Positions 10,559-20,549 of a DNA stretch of 64,000 nucleotides are shown here, piece after piece (within the stretch, counting starts at the first letter, position 1; each line of letters begins with the position of its first letter). Source of the stretch: an uncultured Kineothrix sp. (lineage in GTDB: Bacteria; Bacillota; Clostridia; Lachnospirales; Lachnospiraceae); NCBI GenBank assembly GCA_910587275.1, contig CAJUMD010000005.1, forward strand, positions 2,868 to 66,867, written 5' to 3'. The notes below the pieces were generated by a model. That model had not been told where the DNA came from. It made no database searches and saw only the letters and a list, made by a program, of their open reading frames with translations. The translations under genes and the position numbers were made by a program.

Positions 10559-11770
10559 ATGAAGCAGAATGTGTATACCGTGGCACAAGTGAATGCATAT
10601 ATTAAGAATATGTTTACGCAGGATTTTATGCTGCAGTCGCTTTTCGTAAAAGGGGAAGTGAGTAACTGCAAATACCATTCCTCAGGACATATTTATTTTA
10701 CGTTAAAGGATGAGAAAGGAACGATTTCCTGCGTGATGTTTGCGGGGAACCGTTCCGGTCTTGCTTTTCGGATGCAGGAGGGGCAGCAGGTCGTTGTCGG
10801 CGGGATGGTGGATGTCTATGAAAGGGACGGGAAATACCAGTTATATGCGAAGCAGATTGTGCTGGACGGGGCAGGGATTTTGTATGAGCGCTATGAGCGA
10901 CTTAAGAAGGAACTGGAAGAACGGGGAATGTTCGATGCCTTCTATAAACAGCCGGTACCGAAATTCATCCGTACGCTGGGTGTAGTGACTGCCGCCACGG
11001 GTGCGGCGGTGAGGGATATTATCAACATTGCGTCCAGAAGGAACCCTTATGTACAGATTATTTTATATCCGGCCATTGTGCAGGGGGACGCGGCAGTTCC
11101 TTCCATCGTGAAAGGAATACGTTCGCTGGAGCGGTATGGCGTGGACGTTATGATTGTGGGACGCGGCGGCGGTTCCATCGAAGACTTATGGGCGTTTAAT
11201 GAAGAAGCGGTGGCGCAGGCAATTTTTGACTGCCGGGTGCCGGTGATTTCTGCGGTAGGGCATGAAACGGATACGACGATTTCGGATTATGTGGCGGATT
11301 TGCGCGCCCCTACCCCTTCGGCAGCGGCGGAACTGGCAGTATATGAGTATGCCAAGCTGCAGGAGGAGATGGAGGATTGCCGTTATACGCTGGAACGGCT
11401 GTTTCGGAATAAGATGAGCTTGTACCGGGGCAGGCTGGAGAACTTTGGGACGAAGCTGCGGTACTTAAGTCCTGCCGGCAGAATCCGGGAAAAGCGGACT
11501 TATGCCATGAAACTGGAAGACCGGATGGAAAACGCCATGAAGGCAGTCCTTATGGAGAAAAGGCATAAACTGGAAGTATATATTGAACGGCTGAAAGGAT
11601 TGTCACCTTTGGACAAGCTGAACCAGGGCTTTTCCTATGTGTCGGATGCGGAAGGAAAGACCGTGAACGATATCGGACAGGTGGAAGCCGGGAGCTTTTT
11701 GGATATCCATGTCAGGAACGGACGGATACGGGCAGAGGCAGTTGCCGTGGAGCACGTGGAATGGCAATAG
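10559..11770 (+). CDS. xseA: Exodeoxyribonuclease VII large subunit
   Basis: GEVSN..HSSGHIYFTLKD, RGGGSIEDLWAFN, SAVGHETD, RAPTPSAAAE. Confidence 0.96.
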   Translation: MKQNVYTVAQVNAYIKNMFTQDFMLQSLFVKGEVSNCKYHSSGHIYFTLKDEKGTISCVMFAGNRSGLAFRMQEGQQVVVGGMVDVYERDGKYQLYAKQIVLDGAGILYERYERLKKELEERGMFDAFYKQPVPKFIRTLGVVTAATGAAVRDIINIASRRNPYVQIILYPAIVQGDAAVPSIVKGIRSLERYGVDVMIVGRGGGSIEDLWAFNEEAVAQAIFDCRVPVISAVGHETDTTISDYVADLRAPTPSAAAELAVYEYAKLQEEMEDCRYTLERLFRNKMSLYRGRLENFGTKLRYLSPAGRIREKRTYAMKLEDRMENAMKAVLMEKRHKLEVYIERLKGLSPLDKLNQGFSYVSDAEGKTVNDIGQVEAGSFLDIHVRNGRIRAEAVAVEHVEWQ

Positions 11771-11830
11771 GGTGTGTGCGGCAGCCGGGAATCATACAGA
11801 CGGACGGAAAGAACGGGAAGGATGGTGGAA

Positions 11831-12067
11831 ATGCAGATGGAAACAGGGGCGGAAATGCAGACGGGCCGGGAACTGACCCTGGAAGAATCTTTTGAAGTAC
11901 TGGAAGAATTGATATCCAGGCTGGAAGCCGAGGACATCACGTTGGAGGAGTCTTTCCAGGTATACCGGGAAGGCATGGAAATACTGAAAGACTGCAACGG
12001 CAGGATTGACCGTGTGGAAAAGAAAGTGTTGAAAATGAATGAGGATGGACAGACGGATGAATTTTAA
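11831..12067 (+). CDS. xseB: Exodeoxyribonuclease VII small subunit
   Basis: LEESFEVLEELISRLE...LEESFQVYREG; start uncertain. Confidence 0.9.
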   Translation: MQMETGAEMQTGRELTLEESFEVLEELISRLEAEDITLEESFQVYREGMEILKDCNGRIDRVEKKVLKMNEDGQTDEF

Positions 12068-12974
12068 GGAAGAATTGGCGGCAAGGACGGCGCAGGTAGA
12101 GACCGTGATAAAAAAATACCTTCCGGAAGAAAAGGGATACCAGAAAACGGTAGTGGAAGCCATGAATTACAGTATACTGGCAGGGGGAAAGCGGCTGCGT
12201 CCGATGCTGATGCAGGAAACCTTCCGCCTGTTTGGCGGATTGGGGGAAGTAGTGGAGCCTTTTATGGCGGCGTTGGAAATGGTGCATACGTATTCGCTGG
12301 TGCATGACGATCTTCCCTGCATGGATAACGACGAATACCGGAGAGGCCAGAAGACCACCCATGTGGTATACGGAGAGGGCATGGCGGTGCTGGCGGGCGA
12401 CGGTCTGTTAAATTACGCGTTTGAAACTGCCGTGAAAGCCTTCGGGACGGCCGGCGGTACGCAAGACCCTGTCAGGGTGGCAAAAGCCCTTGGCGTATTT
12501 GCCAAGAAAGCGGGTATCCATGGAATGATAGGCGGGCAGACGGCGGATATCGAAGCGGAAGACAGGGAGGCAAAAGGGGTGGAACAGCCGGTGACGGAAG
12601 ATGCACTTCTTTTTATCCATGAGCATAAGACGGCAGCGTTAATCCAAAGCGCCATGATGACCGGCGCCATACTGGCGGGGGCGGACGGGGATGCGGTCAT
12701 CCAGATGGAAAACTGTGCTTATAACATCGGTATCGCTTTCCAAATCCAGGATGATATCCTGGATGTCACCGGCAGTTTGGAAGTGCTGGGGAAAGCGGCA
12801 GGGAGCGATGCGAAGAACCATAAGACTACTTATGTTACGTTAAAGGGTATGGAGCAGGCAAAACAGGACGTGGAAAGGCTTTCCGGGGAAGCCGTTTCCA
12901 TCCTGACCTCTTATTCCCCGCGGAATGAGTTTCTGGAGGAACTGGTCCGGCAGTTGGTGGGCAGGGAAAAATAA
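12057..12974 (+). CDS. ispA: Farnesyl/geranyl diphosphate synthase
   Basis: GGKRLRP, HDDLPCMDND..RRG, FQIQDDILD. Confidence 0.93.
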   Translation: MNFKEELAARTAQVETVIKKYLPEEKGYQKTVVEAMNYSILAGGKRLRPMLMQETFRLFGGLGEVVEPFMAALEMVHTYSLVHDDLPCMDNDEYRRGQKTTHVVYGEGMAVLAGDGLLNYAFETAVKAFGTAGGTQDPVRVAKALGVFAKKAGIHGMIGGQTADIEAEDREAKGVEQPVTEDALLFIHEHKTAALIQSAMMTGAILAGADGDAVIQMENCAYNIGIAFQIQDDILDVTGSLEVLGKAAGSDAKNHKTTYVTLKGMEQAKQDVERLSGEAVSILTSYSPRNEFLEELVRQLVGREK

Positions 12975-13040
12975 GGAAGCCGGAAAGATTCATCCGGGAG
13001 GATGTGCGGTAACGGAAAACAGGACAAAGAGGGTATGGAT

Positions 13041-14903
13041 ATGCTACTGGACAGTATTTCGCAGGTAAACGATATCAAAAATATCAGGGAAGAAGATTAT
13101 GAGACGCTGGCAGAGGAAATCCGGCAGTTTTTAATTGAAAAAATCAGTGTAACGGGCGGGCATCTTGGTTCCAATTTGGGTGCGGTGGAGCTTACCATGG
13201 CGCTGCATTTGTCGCTGAACCTTCCGGAAGATAAAATCATATGGGATGTGGGACATCAGTCTTATACCCACAAGTTACTGACCGGAAGGAGGGACGGGTT
13301 TGAGACGCTGCGTAAATACGGTGGTATGAGCGGCTTTCCGAAACGCAAGGAAAGCAACTGCGATGCCTTTGACACCGGGCACAGTTCCACGTCCATATCG
13401 GCGGGGCTGGGACTGGTAAAAGCGCGGGATTTAAAGGGCGAAAGACATACGGTGGTATCGGTCATCGGCGACGGCTCCCTGACCGGGGGGATGGCATACG
13501 AAGCATTAAACAATGCTGCAAGGCTGGATACCAACTTTATCATTGTATTAAACGACAACAACATGTCTATCTCGGAAAACGTGGGCGGTGTGTCCAGGTA
13601 CCTGAATAACATCCGGACGGCGGACCGTTACCTGGGACTGCGGGACGGGGTATACAATACGTTAAAGGATATGCCCAAATACGGCGACCAAATGGTAAAG
13701 TTCATCCGCCGTGCCAAGAACAGTTTTAAACAGTTGGTGATTCCGGGCATGATGTTTGAGGATATGGGCATCACATACCTGGGCCCGGTGGACGGGCATG
13801 ACATTCCGCGCTTAATCCGTGTGCTGCAGGAAGCCAAAAGGGTGAAAAAAGCGGTGATTGTGCATGTGCTGACGCAAAAGGGAAAGGGCTATGTGCCGGC
13901 GGAGCGGCATCCGGCAAGATTCCACGGGGCGGAACCTTTTGAAATCGAAACGGGACTGCCTGCCCATCCGCGGACGAAGGCAAATTACACGGATATCTTT
14001 TCCACGGTCATGACGAAACTGGGGCAGCGGGATGAAAAAGTGGTGGCAATTACAGCGGCAATGCCGGACGGCACGGGATTAAAACGGTTCCATAACATGT
14101 ATCCCGACCGTTTTTTCGATGTGGGGATTGCAGAGGAACATGCCGTGACGTTTGCGGCAGGACTGGCTTCAGGCGGTATGAAACCGATTGTGGCGGTATA
14201 TTCCTCTTTCCTGCAAAGGGCCTATGACCAGATTCTGCACGATGTCTGTATCCAAAACCTTCCGGTGGTATTTGCCATTGACCGTGCAGGGCTGGTGGGA
14301 AGCGACGGGGAAACCCACCAGGGGATTTTTGACCTGTCTTATTTGTCGTCCATTCCAAACATGCATATCATGGCGCCCAAAAACAAATGGGAGCTTTCCG
14401 ATATGATTAAGTATGCGGTGGATTTCGGCGCCCCCATTGCGGTGCGGTATCCCAGGGGGGAGGCTTACGACGGGTTAAAGGAATTCCGTCTCCCCATTGA
14501 ATACGGGAAAAGCGAATGGATTTACGAGGAAGAAGACATCTGCCTGATGGCGGTGGGCAGCATGGTCAGGGTGGCGGAACAGGTGCGCAGGGAATTAAAG
14601 GAAAGGGGATACTCCTGTTCACTGGTCAATGCGCGGTTTGTTAAACCCATCGACGAGGAAGCGGTAATGGAAGCGCGGGCAGTACATAAACTGCTGGTAA
14701 CGATGGAGGAAAACGTGGCAAGCGGCGGTTTCGGTGAAAAAGTAAGGGAATTTCTGGACCGTACGGGCGGCGGGAGGATGCTTTCCATTACGGTTCCGGA
14801 CGAGTATGTGGAACATGGAAATGTGGAGCTTTTGAAGCAGGAAATCGGGATGGATGCGGACAGTGTGGTGAAGCGGGTAATTACGGAGTACTGTGCGTTG
14901 TAG
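13041..14903 (+). CDS. dxs: 1-deoxy-D-xylulose-5-phosphate synthase
   Basis: GGHLGSNLG, WDVGHQ, GDGSLTGG, DRAGLVG.DG.THQG. Confidence 0.96.
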   Translation: MLLDSISQVNDIKNIREEDYETLAEEIRQFLIEKISVTGGHLGSNLGAVELTMALHLSLNLPEDKIIWDVGHQSYTHKLLTGRRDGFETLRKYGGMSGFPKRKESNCDAFDTGHSSTSISAGLGLVKARDLKGERHTVVSVIGDGSLTGGMAYEALNNAARLDTNFIIVLNDNNMSISENVGGVSRYLNNIRTADRYLGLRDGVYNTLKDMPKYGDQMVKFIRRAKNSFKQLVIPGMMFEDMGITYLGPVDGHDIPRLIRVLQEAKRVKKAVIVHVLTQKGKGYVPAERHPARFHGAEPFEIETGLPAHPRTKANYTDIFSTVMTKLGQRDEKVVAITAAMPDGTGLKRFHNMYPDRFFDVGIAEEHAVTFAAGLASGGMKPIVAVYSSFLQRAYDQILHDVCIQNLPVVFAIDRAGLVGSDGETHQGIFDLSYLSSIPNMHIMAPKNKWELSDMIKYAVDFGAPIAVRYPRGEAYDGLKEFRLPIEYGKSEWIYEEEDICLMAVGSMVRVAEQVRRELKERGYSCSLVNARFVKPIDEEAVMEARAVHKLLVTMEENVASGGFGEKVREFLDRTGGGRMLSITVPDEYVEHGNVELLKQEIGMDADSVVKRVITEYCAL

Positions 14904-14978
14904 GCGGTATCAGCCAGGCAGTCCTTTTCCGCCTCAAACAGGGAATGGATGCCTCATAAGCGGGCGAGGGGTAACGGT

Positions 14979-15884
14979 ATGAAAGAACGTTTGGATGTGC
15001 TCCTGGTAAAGCAGGGATATGCCCCGTCAAGGGAAAAGGCGAAAGCGGTTATCATGGCGGGGAATGTGTTTGTGGACGGACAGCGGGAGGATAAAGCGGG
15101 GACGGCTTTTGACGGGACGAAAATCCGTTTGGAAGTCAAGGGCAGTCCTTTGAAATACGTAAGCAGGGGAGGACTGAAGCTGGAAAAGGCGGTCGGTTCC
15201 TTCGGGGTTGCCCTGAAGGATAAGGTATGTATGGATATCGGCGCCTCCACCGGGGGCTTTACGGACTGTATGCTGCAGAACGGGGCGGCGAAGGTGTATG
15301 CCGTGGATGTGGGATACGGGCAGTTGGACTGGAAGCTGCGGACGGATGAAAGAGTGGTCTGTATGGAAAAGACGAATTTCCGTTACATGCAGCCGGCAGA
15401 CATTGCGGACCGGCCGGACTTCGCTTCCGTGGACGTTTCCTTTATTTCCCTGACCAAAATACTGATACCGGCAAGGAACCTGCTGGCTCCGGAAGGGGAG
15501 ATGGTATGCCTGATTAAGCCGCAGTTTGAGGCAGGGAAAGAAAAGGTTGGGAAAAAAGGCGTGGTGCGGGAACCGGAAATCCACAGGGAGGTCATCGGCA
15601 AGGTGGCGGATTATGCGGACGGAATAGGATTTGACATATCCGGGCTGGATTTCTCCCCCATCCAGGGACCGGAAGGAAACATTGAATATTTGGTGTATTT
15701 GAAAAAACGCGGGGAAATCCCGGAAGAAATCCTGTCGCTTACGGAAGCGGAGGCGGAGAAGCGGTTGGGGGAAATACGGTTAAACGGCAGCGGCCGGTCG
15801 CAGGAGGACGGGATGCGGCTGCTCGCCATCCAAACGGTGGAGAAGGCACATGAAGCATTTTTATGTAATCACAAACGGGCATAA
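14979..15884 (+). CDS. tlyA: TlyA-family rRNA methyltransferase (S4 + FtsJ)
   Basis: ERLDVLLV, YVSRGGLKL, DIGASTGGFTD, LIKPQFE; a C-terminal extension overlaps nadK. Confidence 0.93.
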   Translation: MKERLDVLLVKQGYAPSREKAKAVIMAGNVFVDGQREDKAGTAFDGTKIRLEVKGSPLKYVSRGGLKLEKAVGSFGVALKDKVCMDIGASTGGFTDCMLQNGAAKVYAVDVGYGQLDWKLRTDERVVCMEKTNFRYMQPADIADRPDFASVDVSFISLTKILIPARNLLAPEGEMVCLIKPQFEAGKEKVGKKGVVREPEIHREVIGKVADYADGIGFDISGLDFSPIQGPEGNIEYLVYLKKRGEIPEEILSLTEAEAEKRLGEIRLNGSGRSQEDGMRLLAIQTVEKAHEAFLCNHKRA

Positions 15885-16737
15885 AGACCGTGATTTGGAG
15901 AAAACCAATTACATCAGGGAATATTTGGAAAAGCACAATAGAAAGTGCACGGTGCAGGGGATGGAGGAGGAACGGCATTATACGGATTCTGCCAAGATTC
16001 CCTGGGACGTGGACTGCATCCTGGTCCTTGGCGGGGACGGGACAATGCTGGAAGCGGCGCGGGATACCGTGAACAGAGATATTCCTTTGCTTGGAATCAA
16101 CCTTGGGACGCTGGGATATATGGCGGAAGTGGAGGAAAACGGGCTGGATGCGGCACTGGACCGGCTGATGGAAGACCGGTATGAAGTGGAACCGCGGATG
16201 ATGCTGACCGGGCGGGTGATGCGGGGCAGTTACCACCGCAGGCTGCATGAGGAAAGGGGAATCTGCCGGACGGAAATCGAGGAGTCCTATGCGTTAAATG
16301 ACATTGCGGTGACAAGGAGCGGTTCCCTTCAGATTATCCGGTTCCAGATTTATGTCAACGGGCAGTTTTTGAACGAATACCATGCGGACGGGGTAATCGT
16401 GGCGACGCCCACCGGCTCCACCGGCTATAACCTTTCGGCGGGCGGACCCATTGTGGAGCCGAAGGCGGAACTGATTCTGATGACTCCCATTTGTCCCCAT
16501 ACGTTAAATACCAGAAGTATTATACTTTCCCCTAATGACCGGGTGGAACTGCAGATTGGGGAAGGACGGGAGGGCAGCATCCAGCAGGTGGAAGTGAATT
16601 TTGACGGAAGCAGGACGCTGACGCTGTATACCGGCGACAAGGTGGAAATTGAGAAAGCGGTTATGACGACGGGAATCGTAAAACTGAACCGGGTCAGCTT
16701 TTTGGAGGTCTTACATAAAAAAATGAGTGAAACTTAG
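15850..16737 (+). CDS. nadK: NAD(+) kinase
   Basis: LGGDGT, GINLGTLG, DGVIVATPTGSTGY.LSAGG. Confidence 0.95.
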   Translation: MKHFYVITNGHKDRDLEKTNYIREYLEKHNRKCTVQGMEEERHYTDSAKIPWDVDCILVLGGDGTMLEAARDTVNRDIPLLGINLGTLGYMAEVEENGLDAALDRLMEDRYEVEPRMMLTGRVMRGSYHRRLHEERGICRTEIEESYALNDIAVTRSGSLQIIRFQIYVNGQFLNEYHADGVIVATPTGSTGYNLSAGGPIVEPKAELILMTPICPHTLNTRSIILSPNDRVELQIGEGREGSIQQVEVNFDGSRTLTLYTGDKVEIEKAVMTTGIVKLNRVSFLEVLHKKMSET

Positions 16738-16783
16738 GAACGGAGGCACGCAGGCCGGCAATGCGGGATGCGGGGGTATCGGT

Positions 16784-17236
16784 ATGAAAAAAGGCAGGCA
16801 TGGAAAGATTACAGAGCTGATAGAAAATTATGACATCGAAACACAGGACGAGCTGGCGGAGCGGCTGCGGGATGCGGGATTCCAGGTGACGCAGGCGACG
16901 GTGTCAAGGGATATCAGGGAATTGAAACTTTCAAAGATTCCTACCGGAAGCGGGAAACAGAAATATGTGGTCTTAAAACAGGATGACCGTCATTTGGGGG
17001 AAAAATATATCCGTGTGTTAAGGGACGGTTTTGTATCCATGGATATGGCGCAGAATATACTGGTGATTAAAACCGTGTCCGGGATGGCGATGGCGGTGGC
17101 GGCGGCGGTGGATGCCATGAAGATGAGGGAAATCGTCGGTTCCATCGCCGGGGACGATACGATTATGATGGCGGTACGGACCGTGGAAGATACGAAGACA
17201 GTCATGGATAAGATCCAAAAGATGCTGGAATTATGA
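16784..17236 (+). CDS. argR: Arginine repressor
   Basis: TQATVSRDIREL, GSIAGDDT. Confidence 0.96.
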   Translation: MKKGRHGKITELIENYDIETQDELAERLRDAGFQVTQATVSRDIRELKLSKIPTGSGKQKYVVLKQDDRHLGEKYIRVLRDGFVSMDMAQNILVIKTVSGMAMAVAAAVDAMKMREIVGSIAGDDTIMMAVRTVEDTKTVMDKIQKMLEL

Positions 17237-17310
17237 AAAATTATAAATTAGGAAGAAATGGTTGTGTGTAAGGCTCCATGCCCGGAGAGACACATAAGGA
17301 GTAAAAGAAG

Positions 17311-18996
17311 ATGCTGGAAAGTTTACACGTGAAAAATTTGGCGCTGATTGACGAGGAGGAAGTATGCTTTGGGGAAGGCTTAAATATTCTTTCAGGGGAA
17401 ACGGGCGCCGGAAAGTCGGTCATCATAGGTTCCGTCAACCTTGCCCTGGGCGCAAAGGCGGACAAGGAATTAATCCGTACCGGGGCGGAATATGCCTTGG
17501 TTGAGCTGGTGTTCCGGCTGGACGGAAAACAGGGGGAAAAGTTAAAAGCGATGGACTTTTTCCCGGAAGAAGACGGGACATTTATAATCCAAAGGAAAAT
17601 CATGCCGGCAAGGAGCGTCTGTAAGGTCTGTGGGGAGACCGTGGGGGCGAAGCAGTTACAGGACATTGCGGAAGTGCTGATTGCCATCCACGGGCAGCAT
17701 GAACACCAGACGCTGATGCAGAAAAAAAGGCACAGGGAACTTTTGGACGAATTTGCGGGGAAAAAGGCAGCGGACGCGAAAAAAAAGGCGGCGGAGCTTT
17801 ACCGGGAATATACGGGGCTGTTAAAGGAACTGGAAGGAAGCGGCAGCGACGGGGAAGCGAGGGAAAAGGAAGCGGCGCTGCTCCGGTTTGAAATAAAGGA
17901 AATTGAGGAAGCCGCGCCGGCGGAAGACGAGGATACGGAGTTGGAGAAGGAATACCGTAAAATGGTAAACAGCCGTAAAATCAAGGAATCCGTTTATGCG
18001 GCATACCGCCTGACCGGGTCGGAGGAAGGGGAAAGCGCAGGGGAAAATACCGCGCGCGCCCTGCGGGAAATCCGCAGTGTATCCGCTTATGACGATTCTT
18101 TGGCGGATTTGGAAGCCATGTTGGAGGATATCGATAACCTGTTAAATGATTTTAACCGTCAGATGGCGGAATATGTGGACAGCCTGGAATTTGACGAGGC
18201 ACAGTTTGTCCAAACGGAAAACCGTCTCAACCTGTTAAACCATTTGAAGTCAAAATATGGAAGAACCATCGGGGAAGTGCTTGCATATAAGCAGCGCGGG
18301 GAAGAAAAACTAAATTTGTTGGAAAATTATGAAGTTTACCGGCAGCAGACGGAAGAAAAGCTGGAAAAAGCAAAACGGGAGTTGGAAGAAATATGCAAAA
18401 AACTGTCGGGAATCCGTGCGAAATATGCCAGGGAACTTGGAAACCGGTTAAAACAGGCGCTGCTGGAACTGAATTTTGAGGATGTTCGGTTTGAAATCCA
18501 AGTGCGTCCCCAGCCGGGGGATTTAACGGCGGAAGGATATGACGACGTGGAATTTATGATATCCACGAATAAAGGGGAAACGTTAAAACCGTTAAGCCAT
18601 GTGGCGAGCGGCGGCGAGCTGTCGCGGATTATGCTGGCGTTTAAGACTGTTTTGGCGGATAAGGACGAGATATCTTCCCTGATTTTTGATGAAATCGATA
18701 CGGGAATCAGCGGAAAGACGGCATGGAAAGTTTCTGAAAAGCTGGGAATTTTGGGAAAGAACCACCAGATTATCTGCATTACGCATTTACCGCAGATCGC
18801 GGCAATGTCGGATACCCATTTCCTGATTGAGAAGGGTACGAAAGGCGGGCGGACCACTACCACCATACGCAGGATAGCAGGGGAAGAAAGTTTAAAGGAA
18901 CTGGCGCGGATGCTGGGAGGTGCCGGGATTACGGAGGCTGCGTTGGAAAACGCAAAAGAAATGAAGGAATTGGCAAGAAATACAAAACATAACTAA
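17311..18996 (+). CDS. recN: DNA repair protein RecN
   Basis: GETGAGKS, IHGQHEHQ, ASGGELSR, FDEID.G, CITHLPQ. Confidence 0.96.
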   Translation: MLESLHVKNLALIDEEEVCFGEGLNILSGETGAGKSVIIGSVNLALGAKADKELIRTGAEYALVELVFRLDGKQGEKLKAMDFFPEEDGTFIIQRKIMPARSVCKVCGETVGAKQLQDIAEVLIAIHGQHEHQTLMQKKRHRELLDEFAGKKAADAKKKAAELYREYTGLLKELEGSGSDGEAREKEAALLRFEIKEIEEAAPAEDEDTELEKEYRKMVNSRKIKESVYAAYRLTGSEEGESAGENTARALREIRSVSAYDDSLADLEAMLEDIDNLLNDFNRQMAEYVDSLEFDEAQFVQTENRLNLLNHLKSKYGRTIGEVLAYKQRGEEKLNLLENYEVYRQQTEEKLEKAKRELEEICKKLSGIRAKYARELGNRLKQALLELNFEDVRFEIQVRPQPGDLTAEGYDDVEFMISTNKGETLKPLSHVASGGELSRIMLAFKTVLADKDEISSLIFDEIDTGISGKTAWKVSEKLGILGKNHQIICITHLPQIAAMSDTHFLIEKGTKGGRTTTTIRRIAGEESLKELARMLGGAGITEAALENAKEMKELARNTKHN

Positions 18997-18997
18997 A

Positions 18998-19025
18998 GTA
19001 AAAAATGCAAGTTCTTCACATACTA
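18998..19025 (+). promoter_or_regulatory. Putative sigma-F/sigma-G promoter of spoIVB
   Basis: GTAAA-N16-CATACTA, resembling the forespore sigma consensus. Confidence 0.5.
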
Positions 19026-19032
19026 AGGGAGA

Positions 19033-20343
19033 TTGGTGAAAGGATGTGAGAACTTGCGAAGGAATAAATCAAAGATTGATCAATATAGAACCTGTCTTTA
19101 TCTTGCCCTTGCGGGCAGCCTGACGGCTTTGCTTTGTGCCTGCTATTTTGCCCTTTGGAAGAAGGTTCCTTCCAATATAAAAATAAGGGCGGGGGTGGAA
19201 CAGACGCTGGATTTGCAGGTACCGGCATCGGGGGAAATATATAAGGATGCGGTAGAGGTGAGCGGATTTACCAAATCCAATATTCCAAGGGACAGCGTCC
19301 ATATCGATTTGGCAAAGCCGGTGACGATCAAGGCAAATACCATTGAGCAGTATGTGCTGGATTTAAAGCTGTTCGGCATCATTCCCTTAAAGACGGTGGA
19401 TGTGCAGGTAATCCAGGACAAAACCTTAACTCCGGCGGGCATTCCCATCGGCATCTATGTGAAAACACAGGGGGTGCTTGTTATCGGGGTCGGTGCATTT
19501 ACGGGGGAGGAAGGACAGAATATATGCCCCGCCGAGTATGTCCTGCGGTCGGGGGACTATATTACGGAAGTGAACGATGAAGAAGTAACGGGAAAAAGGG
19601 ATTTCGTGGAAAAGGTGAAGCACAGCGAGGGGCAGGAACTGGTGCTTCAGGTGAAGCGGGGAGAAGAAAACCTGACGTTAAAAGTAAAACCGGAAACGAG
19701 CCAGTCGGGGGATTATAAAATCGGCATTTGGATTCGGGACAATGCCCAGGGAGTGGGAACCATGACGTATCTTGGTGACCATGCGGATTTCGGTGCGCTG
19801 GGACACGGCATTAACGATGTGGATACGAGTACGCTGATGGAACTGGAAAAAGGGACCCTATACCATACGGAAATCATCGGTATTACACGTGGCGGGAACG
19901 GTGCGCCCGGGGAACTGACCGGTTATATTGAATACGATGAAGCCAATATCATCGGGGAAATCAAGGAAAACACCGCTGAGGGTATCTTTGGGAACTGCAG
20001 CGAACAGATTTATGGTACCATTCCGTTTGAGCCGCTTCCCATCGGTTTAAAACAGGAGATTACCAAAGGGAAAGCACAGATTATCTGCAGCATTAACGGA
20101 AAGCCGGATTATTACGATATTGAAATCCTGGAGACCCATTTGGATAACGATAACGTGAACCGGGGAATCGTGCTGCGGATTACCGACCCGGAGCTTTTAT
20201 CACTGACCGGGGGAATTGTCCAGGGGATGAGCGGTTCGCCGATTGTCCAAAACGGAAAAATCGTCGGCGCCGTTACCCATGTGCTGGTACAGGATTCCAC
20301 GAAAGGGTATGGGATATTTATTGAAAATATGCTGGCGCATTAG
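19033..20343 (+). CDS. spoIVB: SpoIVB serine peptidase (PDZ + S55)
   Basis: GIWIRD..QGVGTMT, FGALGHGI, TGGIVQGMSGSP, GAVTHV; start uncertain. Confidence 0.95.
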   Translation: MVKGCENLRRNKSKIDQYRTCLYLALAGSLTALLCACYFALWKKVPSNIKIRAGVEQTLDLQVPASGEIYKDAVEVSGFTKSNIPRDSVHIDLAKPVTIKANTIEQYVLDLKLFGIIPLKTVDVQVIQDKTLTPAGIPIGIYVKTQGVLVIGVGAFTGEEGQNICPAEYVLRSGDYITEVNDEEVTGKRDFVEKVKHSEGQELVLQVKRGEENLTLKVKPETSQSGDYKIGIWIRDNAQGVGTMTYLGDHADFGALGHGINDVDTSTLMELEKGTLYHTEIIGITRGGNGAPGELTGYIEYDEANIIGEIKENTAEGIFGNCSEQIYGTIPFEPLPIGLKQEITKGKAQIICSINGKPDYYDIEILETHLDNDNVNRGIVLRITDPELLSLTGGIVQGMSGSPIVQNGKIVGAVTHVLVQDSTKGYGIFIENMLAH

Positions 20344-20374
20344 AGAATAAGAAGAATCGCGCGATGCCTAACGC

Positions 20375-20404
20375 TTGAATCCTCAAATAATGTTCCTTTA
20401 TAAT
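20375..20404 (+). promoter_or_regulatory. Putative sigma-A promoter of the spo0A-like gene
   Basis: TTGAAT-N18-TATAAT. Confidence 0.55.
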
Positions 20405-20549
20405 AAACAATAGCAGTATTTGGAAATACCTGGCATTTGCCTTGGATTTTCAGATATCGGCGGAGAAAAAAGTCGGGGGCGGCAAATTTATGCTGACATG
20501 TGCAGGCGCATGGGTATGGACCTCGCAGGTTAGGAAAGGAGCATCAGGG

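Noticed and set aside
14979..15884. TlyA as a haemolysin virulence factor
   Set aside because: Standard housekeeping dxs-tlyA-nadK-argR-recN synteny; rRNA methyltransferase is the simpler call.
20344..20549. Frameshifted or pseudogenised spo0A receiver upstream, or a longer start at 20442
   Set aside because: I found no receiver motifs in any frame. The RBS and the MEQLN start match the normal Spo0A N-terminus at 20550, so the loss is internal and in frame.
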